A stretch of DNA of 60,000 nucleotides from Camelus ferus. Its lineage: Eukaryota. The stretch lies in contig NC_045697.1 of assembly GCF_009834535.1 (NCBI RefSeq), positions 25,918,001 to 25,978,000 on the forward strand. The letters run 5' to 3'. This document shows, piece by piece, positions 1 to 13,100 of this stretch (positions within the stretch are counted from its first letter, which is position 1; every line of letters begins with the position of its first letter). A program made the position numbers and the translations under genes. Under the pieces are notes generated by a model. It was given only the letters and a program-made list of their open reading frames with translations. It searched no databases and was not told where the DNA came from.

Positions 1-1051
1 ATTAGCTGAGGAGGCCACAGCTCTGCAGAGCAGTTGCCAAGAGAAACCTGTAAGCACAGAACATCCGGAGGGACAAGCGCCTGGGCTCCTGGGAGCCTTC
101 TTCTTCCCTGTGTTTTTATCAGCACAGGCCTGAGCAGGCAGCGAAGGAAATAAGCCATTATTTTCAAGGCTTTTATCTTTTAGAGGAGAGGCATATTACA
201 GTGGAATAAATGTTCGAAATGGTAAAACATTTAAAAAAAAAATCTGATCATTAAATTAAAATGGCTTTCATCCTTCAAAAGTTATTCCTGTTTGGAAAGC
301 AAGAAACACACAGCTTAATCCCAAACAGAGGCTCTAAAAAGAAATAATATCTTCTATGTGCTTTTCTTTTGCAACTCATCTAAGGCATCGAAACTTGCGC
401 TAGTCCCGAAGGGTCAGTTTTGAGTGTAAACAGCCTGCGTCCTTTCCTGAATCAAGACTGATGCTCTTTATGTTCACCCTGCCCTTAAGGTGAGAAGGAA
501 AACAAATAGCAGTTTTCATGAAAGATGCCAAATTTCCTTTATTGATGCTCAGGGGTCATCCTGTGGTTCCCTTAAATGAACTGAGACACCCCATGGGTTC
601 CCAAACCACTGGAATTTGATTGTGTTACTGGAATGTCTAGTCACAGTGTCTCCAGACATATTCTGCCACAGGCTTATTCTAAGGAGGTTAGATGTGAACT
701 TGGAAGACTAATTTGAGACTGCAATTTTCACGAGAACTTCTGTATACATACTTGACATTCTTGGCTACTTTAGGGATAAAAAAAAAAGCAGTACTGTGCA
801 TATGTAATTGAGTGGTCAATGACATTATTAAAACTAATCATTTAAGACAAGTTAATAAAATAAAAAACTTCAAAGAGTGGCACAGGGTTATTCATAAAGT
901 TTTCTTGATGGATATGATTTTTACTACGCTTTCCAAAGTAATTATTACTGTGGTTTTGAAACCAATGCAGTAATTAATGCATTGAATCACCTTATGACAA
1001 AAGAAAACAAATGCTATAATTAATGGAAAAACAAATAAAATCCTAACCTAC

Positions 1052-1186
1052 CTCAATATTTCTCCGGGCTTGGGTTGCATTCCTCTCGTGCTGGATGGGA
1101 ATTAGAGGCAAACCTCCGATTTTGGGATTTTTGGTGATAGAACGTTTTCGCTCCTTTCCAGCTGGTGGCCATATATCATTTTCATG
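1052..1186 (-). CDS. ARAP2: ARAP2 exon (~32), 135 nt, phase 0-0: [45 protein letters not shown]
   Basis: Acceptor gtttctacag|CAT, donor GAG|gtaggt. Confidence 0.95.
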
Positions 1187-4100
1187 CTGTAGAAACACAA
1201 TTTCCTGCTGTTGGTGTGTGATTTATACCATGTGGTACACCAGGTTACATAGTCACTTGGCTCCTTTTCCATACGTCCAAGTCAGATGCTCTGTGTTCCA
1301 TGAGGCGCCCCGTTGTAATTATGATGTTAACTCTGGTGGCGGAACCACTCCAGGATGCAAAACTCTTACGTGAACTGAGCTTTGAGGTCTCAGTTCAATT
1401 TCTAGCTTTCAAATACATGCCTTCTGTACTACTTACAAAACCATGAGGGGGAATATGTTTAAGGAAACCAACAAATGTAATACACCTGCCTACATTTCTA
1501 GGCCCTGGAGTCAAAATGACTATACATTCATCTTCTCTTCCCACAAAGACAACTTTCGTGTAAAAATAACTTGATGTTACATATACCCCCAAGTCAACAT
1601 AAGGCATGACTGTCAGGACAAGTATCTTTGTGATCTTTGGGAAAATGTTACTCTTTCATCTAACTGAGTTCCAAAGAACTGCTATCTTATACCAAGACAT
1701 TCACACTGTACATTGTGCAACAGAACATGTGGTACATTTGTTCTCAGATAGTACTGACTACATATTCTGGCCACTGAGCAATTATAGATATGACTGGAGA
1801 AAAGTTAATTTTGCGAAGTGGAGAAATACCCACAGGTAAAAATGAAAGCTCTTAAATGATAAATCCTGAAGATATGCATATGAAAGGAAAAACTTTAAAG
1901 AATTTTTCTACCTCTCAGGGTAGATTAACTTTTCAGAAGTTGGGAAAAACAAATTGATTTTCAGATGACAACCTATGAAAGAAATACAGAATACCAACTA
2001 TACTGAGAAGCTTAGAGATGTTACTGATGAAATGAAAACCATCTAGTAAATTATATAGCTGAATACCTACTAGTTATTTTCTTCTGTTAAGATAGAACAA
2101 ATTTTTACTCTTAGGTTGCAGTCTGTATTGTAATATCACATTTTATACAGCCAAAAAATTTAATTTCAACAGATGTTGAATGTGTGCTCATTACATAATA
2201 GCAGCTAACTTATATTGAGGGGCATACTGCTAGACTCTGTGCTAATCCATACCTTGCCTGTGGTGGATAACGCTGTAGTAGACATGGGTCTGCTGCTCAC
2301 TGTCTGACCTTGACCCTTACTTTCCAGCTAGTTTAGTTTAGTTTCATTTGCTCTAAATATTCTTTAGACTTCTTGAGATCTTCAGTCTCTTCTCTACCAC
2401 CATTCTCCTTTCACATTCTTTCTTACTTCCTTCACAGCCTGCCTTGGATTTTCACAGTCAATCAGTATGCTCACTTCCTTCCAATATGTTCAAGCCATTT
2501 GCTGCTTCTCTTTCTATAATGTTGGCCTGGCCAAGCCCTAGTTAAACCCCATTTAACTTACTCTGTTGGTGCCTCCAAAATGATGAAGATCAGTCTGGAG
2601 ATTCATCTCACTTTTAAATTTACCCTCAAATTTCAAGTGAGCACTTAGCATTCCCTTGACATTCTACTCCCATACCACTGGGTTCCCGACCTTCTGAAGG
2701 TTACTGCTCATCTCTTACTCTGCCCCAACACTTCTAATATCCCTCCCTGACTCATTGATTTAATTTAAAAAGAACACAAATAACAAATGTTGGCAAAAAT
2801 GTGGAGACAAAGAGAAGGCTCATACAATTGGTAGGAACGTAAACTGGGGAGCCACCATGGAAAACAAAAATAAGAACAGAACTATCATATGATCCAGCAA
2901 TTCCTCTCCTGGGTACATATCCGAAAAGAAACCAAAAACAAAGACACTGATTTGAAAGGATACATGCACCCCAATGTTAATAGCAGCATTGTTTACAATT
3001 GCCAAGAATGGAAGCAACCTAAGTGTCCATTACAGATGAATAGATAAAGCAGATGTGGCAAATATATACAATGGAATACTACTCAGACATAAGAAGGGAT
3101 AAAATTTTGCCATTTGCAACAAACATGGATAGACTTGGAGGGTATTATTACGTTAAGTGAAATAACTAAGACAGAGAAAGACAAATACTGTATGATATCA
3201 CTTATATGTGGAATCTAAAAAAATAAAACCAACTAGTGAATATAATAAAAAAGTAGACTCACAGATATAGAGAACAAACTAGTGGCTATTGGTGGAGAAA
3301 GGGAAGGGGGAGGGGCAATATAGGGGAAGGGGATTAAGAGGTGCAGACTATTAGGTATGAACAAGCTACAAGGATATAGTATACAAAACAGGGAATACAG
3401 CCAGTATTTTATAGTAACTATAAATGTAATACAACCTTTGAAAATTTTGAATCACTATGCTGTGCACTTGTTATTCATATAATCTTGTACACCAACTATA
3501 TATCAATAAGAAATAAAAAACTAAAGGAAAAACAACAACAAATTATTAGTAATCATTCAAGAATTTCATTTTCCCACCACGAAATGTACATCTAAGGCCA
3601 TATAAACATCTCTTCCAATCAGTATTTTCTCTGATTACAAATAACGCTTCTCCAGTCATATCTATAATTGCTCAGTGGACCAGAATTGAGTCAATAATCT
3701 GAGGACAAAGGGGTCACACCCTCTTTGGGATAATGACTTTTTCAGCAATAATGAACATATGTGTTTGCTCACGTTGCTTTATGTCTGCTCAGAGCCTCTG
3801 CTGGTTTAACATTCTCTCCTTCAATTCCTTGATAGAATTCTCAGCACCCAAAACCTGATTTCCTTCTTCCTCCATGCTTCTCATTCTTCTGCTCATTTTT
3901 TCTCTTCTGTTTGACCTTGAAAGTTTGCAGTGTCCTAGGGCTTATCTGTCTTTCCTCACGTTCTCTCCCTACAGCCTCCCCTCTGCAACTGTGCATTCTT
4001 ATTCTCCCTTGTTCTTATATTCTCTCTCTCTCTCATCTCGCCCAATCCCCTCACGGCATTTCAGTACAACCCAAATGCTGGCTCCCACCAGACTTACATT

Positions 4101-7100
4101 TCGGCTCCAAACTTCTGCCTTATGAGTTTTTGATTCAGACACCTAACCTGCTAATCAGCCTATCCATTTGTATGTCCAATAAGCATCTCAAATTTCACAT
4201 GGCCACAACAGAACATTCAATGTTCTTCTGCATCTCTGATGATGTCACCTACGTTCACCATCTGACCAAGTTAAACAGCTAGGACTCTTCCTTGATTTCT
4301 ACTCCTCCCAAACTGCTATCGCCAATCAATCTGTAAGCCGTACTGGCTCTACCTTCAGATACTCTTGAATCTGAATATGTCTCACCAGATCCACTGTTAC
4401 CACCCTAGTGTGAACTGCCATCTTCCACAGAGCTGTTCTTCCTGCTTCCATCCTTGACCCCCTCCAGTGCAGCCTCAACAAAGGAACCACAATTTTTTTT
4501 TTAAGTAATATAAGCTGATTATATCATTCCCTAGTCTCCCACTCAGACTTCCAATCTCTGACTACATCAACTGCCCCCTGCCTTCCTCATCTCTGACATC
4601 CTCTCTCAGGCCTTCCTGATGTGCATGGAATGAGTCAAGAGGATGACATGTCAGGACCTCGGATTTGCTGGCCCCTATCCCTGGAGTGTTCTCTTCTGTC
4701 CTGGATACCTGACTCCCTCACTTCAGACAGGTCTCAGCACAGCTGTCAGCTACTCAGAAAGGATTCCCTGAGAGGCTTTCTCAACTAGCGCCTTCCTTAC
4801 ATCAGTCATGCTGGCTTTCCCTTCCCTAGCTTATTTTTATCATTTCATCACACTAATACCTATTAGAAATTGTATCAGATTATTCTTGTTCCTATTTTAG
4901 AAACACTAACTGAGCATGTGAGCATGTGCTTTGTCGGAGGCATTGGGCTCTGTGATGCAGATATACATGTAGTTTTAATAAGGCTGACATGGTCCTTCCT
5001 CTCATGGAGTTTATGTTTTAGTAGGAAAGACAGACTTGAAAAACCTGAATATGCAAATGGTTTTAAACTAGAGCTACAATGTCGAAGTACAGGATGCTAA
5101 GGGGTCCTGCAGCCTGAAGGTCTAATTGGTCCAAAGATCAGGGAAGGTTTCTCTGAGAATGTGACATGTAGGCTGAGGACTTTCGAGGCAGTGGGGGAGG
5201 ATGGGGATGGATATTAGAAAAGTATTTCAGGCACCACAAAGAACTCATTGTAAGGGGCACTCACTGTTGATATGTGTGTATTAACATATTAACTATTAAC
5301 ATTTGCTACTTTCCTATCTGTTTTCCTATGGAGGTGAACCATTAAATCCTCAAATCCAAAAGGACCTTTGTGTTTACCTTAATTCTAAGAAGTGGAATGA
5401 ACAGAAGAAATGTAATTGCGCTGAGTCTCTGGGGTGAACACAACAAGGGAGGGCAGGTGAGGCAGGGAGAAATAACTTGGTGGTGAGCGTAACCTCTGCT
5501 TCTGGCTATTTACACCTTTCTTTTCAACTACAGAGTCTACTGACTTCAATTATAAAAACAAAAACATCAAATTTAGTTATGCCATAAATCGACACTGTAA
5601 CAGTTTTAGACTCTCTGGTTCCAATTTTACTAATACTTCAAATCTACCTTTTTTTTTTTTTTTTTAAGTAGGACTTGAATATCTGAATTTTTAAAAAATC
5701 TCACAAAAAAAGAAGAAAAGCCTCTAAGAAGTTAGCAGCCGGTCTTTTTCTGGCAACGTATTCCCAGGCAGTAATAGTACAGTCAGGCTGTGAAGAGCAG
5801 TGTTTATTAACCACTGGAAAGGTTAATAAATTAAATGAACAGAGAAAATGGTTTTCAAAACAAGGACAAGATTCTGGGGTGAATTAACTTCTCACTTGTA
5901 AGAGAAACAGGGAAGTACATCCCGAGTAATAAAGAGTGGCAACTTAATTGTCACCAGTGAACTTCAGTGCTCTTGTGGGGGAAGCATTGCTGGGCGTTCA
6001 GCCAGACAAGGCTGGGGATGAAACCAGTCCCCTGTTAAGGGGACTATTTAACTGTCCCTCCAAGGGGGAGTCCTCCTCTAGGGAGGCCAAATGGGAATGG
6101 GAACAGGTGTCGGCCCCTGGCGCCCCTGGGTTTAAAGCACTAACTAAATGTACGGTCCTGAGCAAATCACAGAGCCTCCGTTAATCCTGTTCCCTGATAA
6201 GCATAATCTTGCACGATTTGTTGCAAGGAGTACACAAATTAATTCTTTTGAAGTATTTAGCATGCAGTATGTATTCAAGAAATGGACATTCCTGTCCTTG
6301 TTTCTGGAAAATCAGGAGGCCATGGGGAGAATAAGAAGGAAAAGAACACATTTTCTAAACAAAGGTCAATGGGATGACAGCTTAGACAAGCCCCTCGTTC
6401 TTATATGACCATCTTGAAGCACCTCTTGCAAGCTAAGGAGCTGCTGGGCTGGCAAAACAAAGCCTCAACAAAGAGTAAACTCTCTTTCAAGGAGTAAGGG
6501 GTAAGTCTGCATTCTCATATATTTTAAAAAATGAATGAAAAAAAAAGTATGTGCATAAAACTCATGAAGAATTCTTTGAAAAGCACCACCACATGGACAT
6601 TTTTCCTTAAACAGTTATTATAATTGATGGTTGGAACAGATAATCATACCTGGGCAATAAAGACATTGGCCATCCACTCCATCTGAGTTTGTGAACTATC
6701 ACAACACAGGTGCCTGCAAAACAAGGTTTATAAAATATATAATTCAAGAAGACAATGGGATTCTCCAGTGTATTTGTTTGGTAAGTGATCATACCTCTTG
6801 GAGTTTCTTCTGATCAATGATGTAATGTAATCAAAATGGGAGTATTTCAGTACAAGTTGCTTTAGGCTTCTGTTGAGTGTATATTACCAAAATAATAGTG
6901 TAAATATGTTCATTTAAGCAAGACATAGGTAAAGGGAGCTGTTGAAAAATGATCAGCAATATTTTTGGAAAGGCAAAAAGGTCAATGTCATTTGCTTTTT
7001 CAGGTACATAATGGTAAAATATTTTCCCCCAGAAACTCTGAGCCTAAGAAGAAAAATATGTGCACATTTTCTTAAGAGCAGATTTTTTAAAAAAGGCTTA

Positions 7101-10100
7101 GAAGTCTCCATCATTATGATTATAAACATTACTTTCCACCAGACTCACAAAAAATGAACTGAAAGAAAAACCACTGCATGTCCAATAACACTGACTGAGT
7201 AACCTTTTATTGAAAACCTACCTAAAACAGAGATCTTGCCCTCAAGGTTCACATAGTCTATTAAGGGAGCCAGGAATGTAAACAAATAAATTATAACATG
7301 TGAGGAAAAGAGAAAGTGAAGTTAAACACAAACATAGAAACAAACAGCACACTTGGGGATGACTTGAAAGTTGTTTCCTGGCAGAGGAAAATAGTGTAAC
7401 TGATGTTAGAACGGTATATGGATATTCCAGTGTAATTATATTTTTTCTATTCCTGTATTATAGATAATTTATTTGGAAAAATGTTAAAATGAAACATCTA
7501 AAAATAATTCTTGCTTCTTTCATTAGAGTCTCTTAAAAACAGTGTCCCTTCCCATTACCACATCAGGAAAACTGTTCTCTCCACCAATCATTTTAATTAT
7601 GCACCCACGGGTACAAAATATTATAGATGCAAAGAATAAACAAATAATGATTAGAGCTGAGAGTTTTCTGATGAGACTTTTGGAGCATTTTGGCTAGGGT
7701 TTGAATACAAAATGACAGTTGTGTCTGCCAGATCAGCAGGAGGATGAAGTGATGAGAAAAGTGAGTAGCAAACACTACGGAAGAAGGTATAGTAAAGGGA
7801 CCATGCAGATATGAAGCAGCAAGGCATGCCTGGCGAACTAAAGACAGATGACTGTTTTATCATTAGGGAAAAAAGGGAAAGTCATGGGAGATAAAGCTGA
7901 CGGAGCCCCATGTTAAAGGGTCTCGTGTGCTGTGCTTACAATCCTGTACTTTATCCTGTAGGTGCCGGATTCACAGGAGAGTTTTAAAGCAGAAAAGAAG
8001 CATGAGAAAATCTCCTCTGGTGCTGGGTGGAGAACGTACCAGAAACCAAAAGCAAAGTCAGAGGCATGAAGAGCACTTAGGACTCCTGGAATCATCCAGG
8101 CAGATGAATGAAGGAGTGGCCCCACGGACAGAATGGGTCTGGGCGGATCAGAGAGAGAATTAAGAGGCAGATCCCCTGCAGGTCAGAGACTGATTAGACA
8201 CAGGGAGGTGGGGGAGGAGGAATCATCACCTGGCACAATGTCTACAGAGAGTGGCTAGATCCTGGTGACATCAATGGAAAAAAGTACCTCTATGGAAAGA
8301 ACAGATTTGAAACCAATATATATATTTTAATCTGAGTTTTGACAAGTTGTTATCCTTTATTTAAAACTGAATTTTGCCTGCTTATCCCATAAAACCAGGG
8401 ATTCCACATTTATATGATAACTAGGAAGAAATCACATGTAATTTGTCATAAGAGGCATTGACAAACAGGATACATGGGACTGAAATGGACCTACACCCTG
8501 AAACAAATCTATTTTCCCCTTCTTAGGTTCAAAGTATCTAGAAAAGACTTTAACTTAGGTGAAACATTTCCTGTCTCTAGATCTATCTGCCAAAGAAAGA
8601 ATAATGTTATTCATTTACTGACGTTATCATCAGTATGGCAAATCCAAACCTGCCAGCTGTTAACTTACCAGTGATGCTTTTCAGAATACGCTGTCAATCC
8701 CCAACTGCATCATGTGGGAAAAAAAACACATGCATACATATTAAAAATGATACATTTTACAAGACTGAAAACAATTAGATGTTAAGGAGGTAATATTTAA
8801 TGGTGGGAATGCATAATAGAATTGATATTCACAATTGATGATTCATTGGGTGTCATTTATCTAGAGATAAAGATAAATACTGAGGGATTTGACTACAAAT
8901 TTAAATATGTTGAAGAGAAACAGAAGGAATCTTATGATGTTATGGGGCATGGGGTAAATCTCTCAGAGGATATTCTGGGCTGAGTAAGGACGGATGTCCA
9001 GGAAAATGGCCAAAAGACAATAATTTACATATTGATTTACTGATATTGTGAGAGATGAAAGAATGTGCCCATTGCAACACAGCTATATGTGCCGGGCTTA
9101 CAAATTAAGCACAGAGGCAAAAGTGAGGACATTTTCAGTGATAGAATCTGAAATCATATACAGTCCATTAAAACGATGTTTTATGATGTTAAAAATATTT
9201 GTGCCAACATCAACTAGCTAATCAAAGTAATCTGTGATAAGAAAGTGTAGTATAACCTGAATGCTGGGTTGATTCAGGTGTTAAAGTGAAGCCAGGATTA
9301 AGAGGGGTCTTCTTTCTACCATCTATGTGCTATGGATTTATTACCAAATTCAGCAAAGCCAAAAGGGCAAATTGTAGAGCCAGGACCAAGATGTTCTAAA
9401 AGCCAAGGAAGCTGGAGGGCAGCATTTGTCCTTCTGTGGGTAGACTTTTTTGCAACACTCCTTAACACCACGAGGGTGTGACTGAGCAAGGAATGGGACA
9501 TAAAGAAACCCATATGCTTCCCAGCAGACGGGGTCTTCTGGGGGTTTCCTGTTCTACACAGAGGACATGGATTCACCCAGGAGCTTGACTTGAGTGGAGA
9601 CATCATCCTTCCTTATCCACCCACACAGGCTCCCTGATCTGCCACAGATCCCCGGCCACCTGTCTGTCTAAAACTTAATTCATACGAAGTTAGACTAGTG
9701 CCACGGATCCCCACTCCCTTGAACAGACATACTCTCCCGTGACTTTGTCAACAACCCTTCCCTTCCAAGCTGTTACCTTGTTGGAGGCTTCATTTTCTTT
9801 TTCACTCCAAGATAAAACTTCATTGAACTGAGAGAAAACATTTTGTCAGGTTTACTGCTCTGTAAAGGAAAACAAAATAATTTGTAAGGAAACACATTTT
9901 CGAAATATCCTTACATTTTCCTTGAGTGTTAATGATCATGTTTAGAATTGTTTAGTTTCTTGAATGTTTCATGAACACAATACCAAGTTTTTAGTAAACA
10001 AAGATTGTCCTGATTACAATATTACAAATTTAAATAATTTTGGATATATATATATATTTATAAATAAGTGTATATGTATATACAAACACATGCATACACA

Positions 10101-13100
10101 ATAATTCCTTATTCAAAACATCTGGGACCAGTGTTATATCAGAATTGATAATTTTTCAGTGTTTTCATATTTAAAAAAAAGAACAATATAATGTATATGC
10201 AATATATTCTGTAACTCAACCACACCACCCGTGTTGTCTGGGGCAGCACCCTGATTCAAATATATTCATATTTCTCTACAGATGCATGACATTTCATACA
10301 GTGTGAATAAATAAAGGCTAAAATATTGTTATGGGCTGAATGTTTATATCCCCTCCAAATTGAAATATAACCCCCAGTGTGATGGGACGTGGGGGCTTTG
10401 GGCGGTAATGAGGTCATGAGATTGGAGCCCTCGTGAATAGGATTAGCGCCCTTGTAAAAGAGGCCAGAGAGCTAGCTCACTCTCTTTCTGCCATGTGAGG
10501 ATACCAGGAGAGGGTGGTAGTCTACAGTTCAGAAGAAGAGCCTCACTAGAACCTAGCACACTAGCATCCTGCTCTCAGACTCCTGGCCTCCAGAACTGTG
10601 AGAGAGAGATTTGCTATTTATAAGCCATTTGGTCTATGGTACTTTTTTACAGGAGCCTGAACAGATTAAGACAAGTATCTTCATGTTGGTTTAGGTCAGG
10701 TTTTGCCACCAAATGGGTTATGACTTTCTGTACTTTTTGGATTTCGGAATTATAAAAAACAGACTATGAAACTATATGGGTATATACTGAACTATATCAA
10801 ATATCCATATTAATGAAAATTTTCATGAATAACTCATGAAAGTTGACTATGAAAAAGAATTTACATTTATTCTAGATCAGTTATATATCCTCCATACACA
10901 TCCAAACATATTTATCTGATTAATGTTAAAAATTGTTTTTAAATCCTTGAACCATCAGGAAAGTTATCTGACAGAGGCAAAACTTAAATCATTATGCTCT
11001 AAGTTAAAAACTTATTATCAAACCACACACACTTCATTCTTTATTCTTGGTAACCCTGCAAAAGATTTTATAAAGACAATAGCCATGGAAATAATAATTA
11101 AAACAAGCTTTCCCCATATCCTAAAAATTTTCAAGGAAATCTTTTTTTTCAGTCTGGTAGACAGACAGCATTTACAACCAAGAGCAAGGAGCCTGGGGTC
11201 AGAGACCTGAGTACAAATCTGGCTTGCTACTGGCTAGCTTGTGACCACACATTACTGCTCTTTGCTCTTATATGATAAACATATTGACTATCTCATGTGG
11301 TTATTGTGAAGATTAAATGAGAAAGTAAAGGGTTATTGTGAAGGGTTATTGTACAGATTAAACAAGAAAAATTGCCTTTAAAGGGTTTAGGCCACTAACT
11401 GACCATATACTAAGTGCATAAGAAATTAACAGCTATTATTATTATAAATTTAGGACACACTGCTCCATAGAAATAGGAAGACAGACAAGTTGTTAGAACC
11501 CTAGGACAATGCACAAAAGCCCATTTAGCAAATACGTAGCTCAAATCAGTCCTAAATTCTATAAAAGTTAAACTATCCCTGTGAAGTCTTTTCTTTATGA
11601 AAGAAGTTGAATTTGAAAAGTAAAGGGGAGAAAACATGTTTATAAAATTAAAAATTGGTTTCCATGGAGGAAACAGGTAGAAGAATATAGAGGAAATATA
11701 GAGAAAAAAGTAGGCAGGAAGAAGGTCAGGAATTAAGCTTTGGGGACCAATGTTCCCTGTGGCAGTGATGATAAGGCCTGGAATTTACATGGTGGACTTA
11801 CTTCTAGACACCCTTATCAATAAGTTTTCTATTACCATCATGGTACATAACTTAAAAATAATATTTTGGACACTTTTCCTGTATGACTAGATTTCTTGAA
11901 ATGGAACCACTGGGTCAAAGGCTAGGAACATGATTAAGAAGATTTTGGCAAAATTGATCGGTTATGTTTACTTACAATTAAAACATATTCCTGAATCCAC
12001 TAGCAATTTTCAGTTTTGCTTTGGTCAACAGTTTATCCATGCATTTACTTATTGACATTAGTTCTTTATGTATCAAACAGGAAACTGCCTTATCTTTTTA
12101 AATGAAATATAGTTTACCCAGATTGCTTACTGCTTACTTTCTTTATTTTTATGAAGTCAAAAATATACTGATCTTTTCTTTTGGACTCTCTTAACGACCA
12201 CTTCACAAAGGGTTCCCACATAGCTGATAAATACTCAACTGCGTGGCCCTGCAGCTTGATGGGTTAGTGTTTTTAAAGTTTTAATTATTTTATCAATCTG
12301 GAGTATATATTTTACATACAATATAGATGAGAATTCAAGTTGAAAAAAATTTGTTAACAATGATCCCAGCCCTGTTTATTAAATCTTTCTTCAGACATGG
12401 ATTTATGCTAGTATTTATCAAAAATAAATTGTAATAAACAATTACATATTTACCTCACTTTATGTTACCATTGCTAAACCTGTTTGTTTTTATGCCAGGA
12501 TATTATCTAAGCTATTTTAGTTTTATTGTATGCATAAATAGTTGGATGGGAAATACCTGACAATTATTTTACTTTTTATGCCGCCCAAATGTTTGCAAGG
12601 ATTCTTATCTGTTTACCCTTTGATGTGAATTATCAGGTCATTTTTTCCAAGTTCTAAAAAAGAATTCCCTTTGGGATCTTGAAACGAATTACATTAAACC
12701 TACAGATCAATACTAGTAGACTTTAAGTTTCTGTGATTTCTATCAGTGATGTTCTGAGTTTTCTTCAAATCAGCTTCTTTTTCTTGTTTAGGCCATTTTC
12801 TGGTAGTTTGGTTTCGAGGTATTGATTTTTTAGCTCGCTACTTTACTGAAGGTTAAGGAAAAACACTTGAAGTCTAACATGGAACAGTGAGGTAGCAATG
12901 AGTATTCCATACAGAAGAGTCAAGGAGAGGAGAGCTTAGAAGTGTACATAGTAGCAGAGACCCCGGGCCACCTCTGCCAAAGGTTAAATCAGATTACAGC
13001 TGAGGTTCATGTCCCTCCTCAGAGTTCAGACTGCCATTCCCTTGGACTCAGTCCCAATAAAGGGAGCCGCAGGGTCGGGTGGGAGGCAGCAATTCCAGCA

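Noticed and set aside
1095..1373. 92-aa plus-strand ORF
   Set aside because: Partly the antisense shadow of ARAP2 exon 1052-1186
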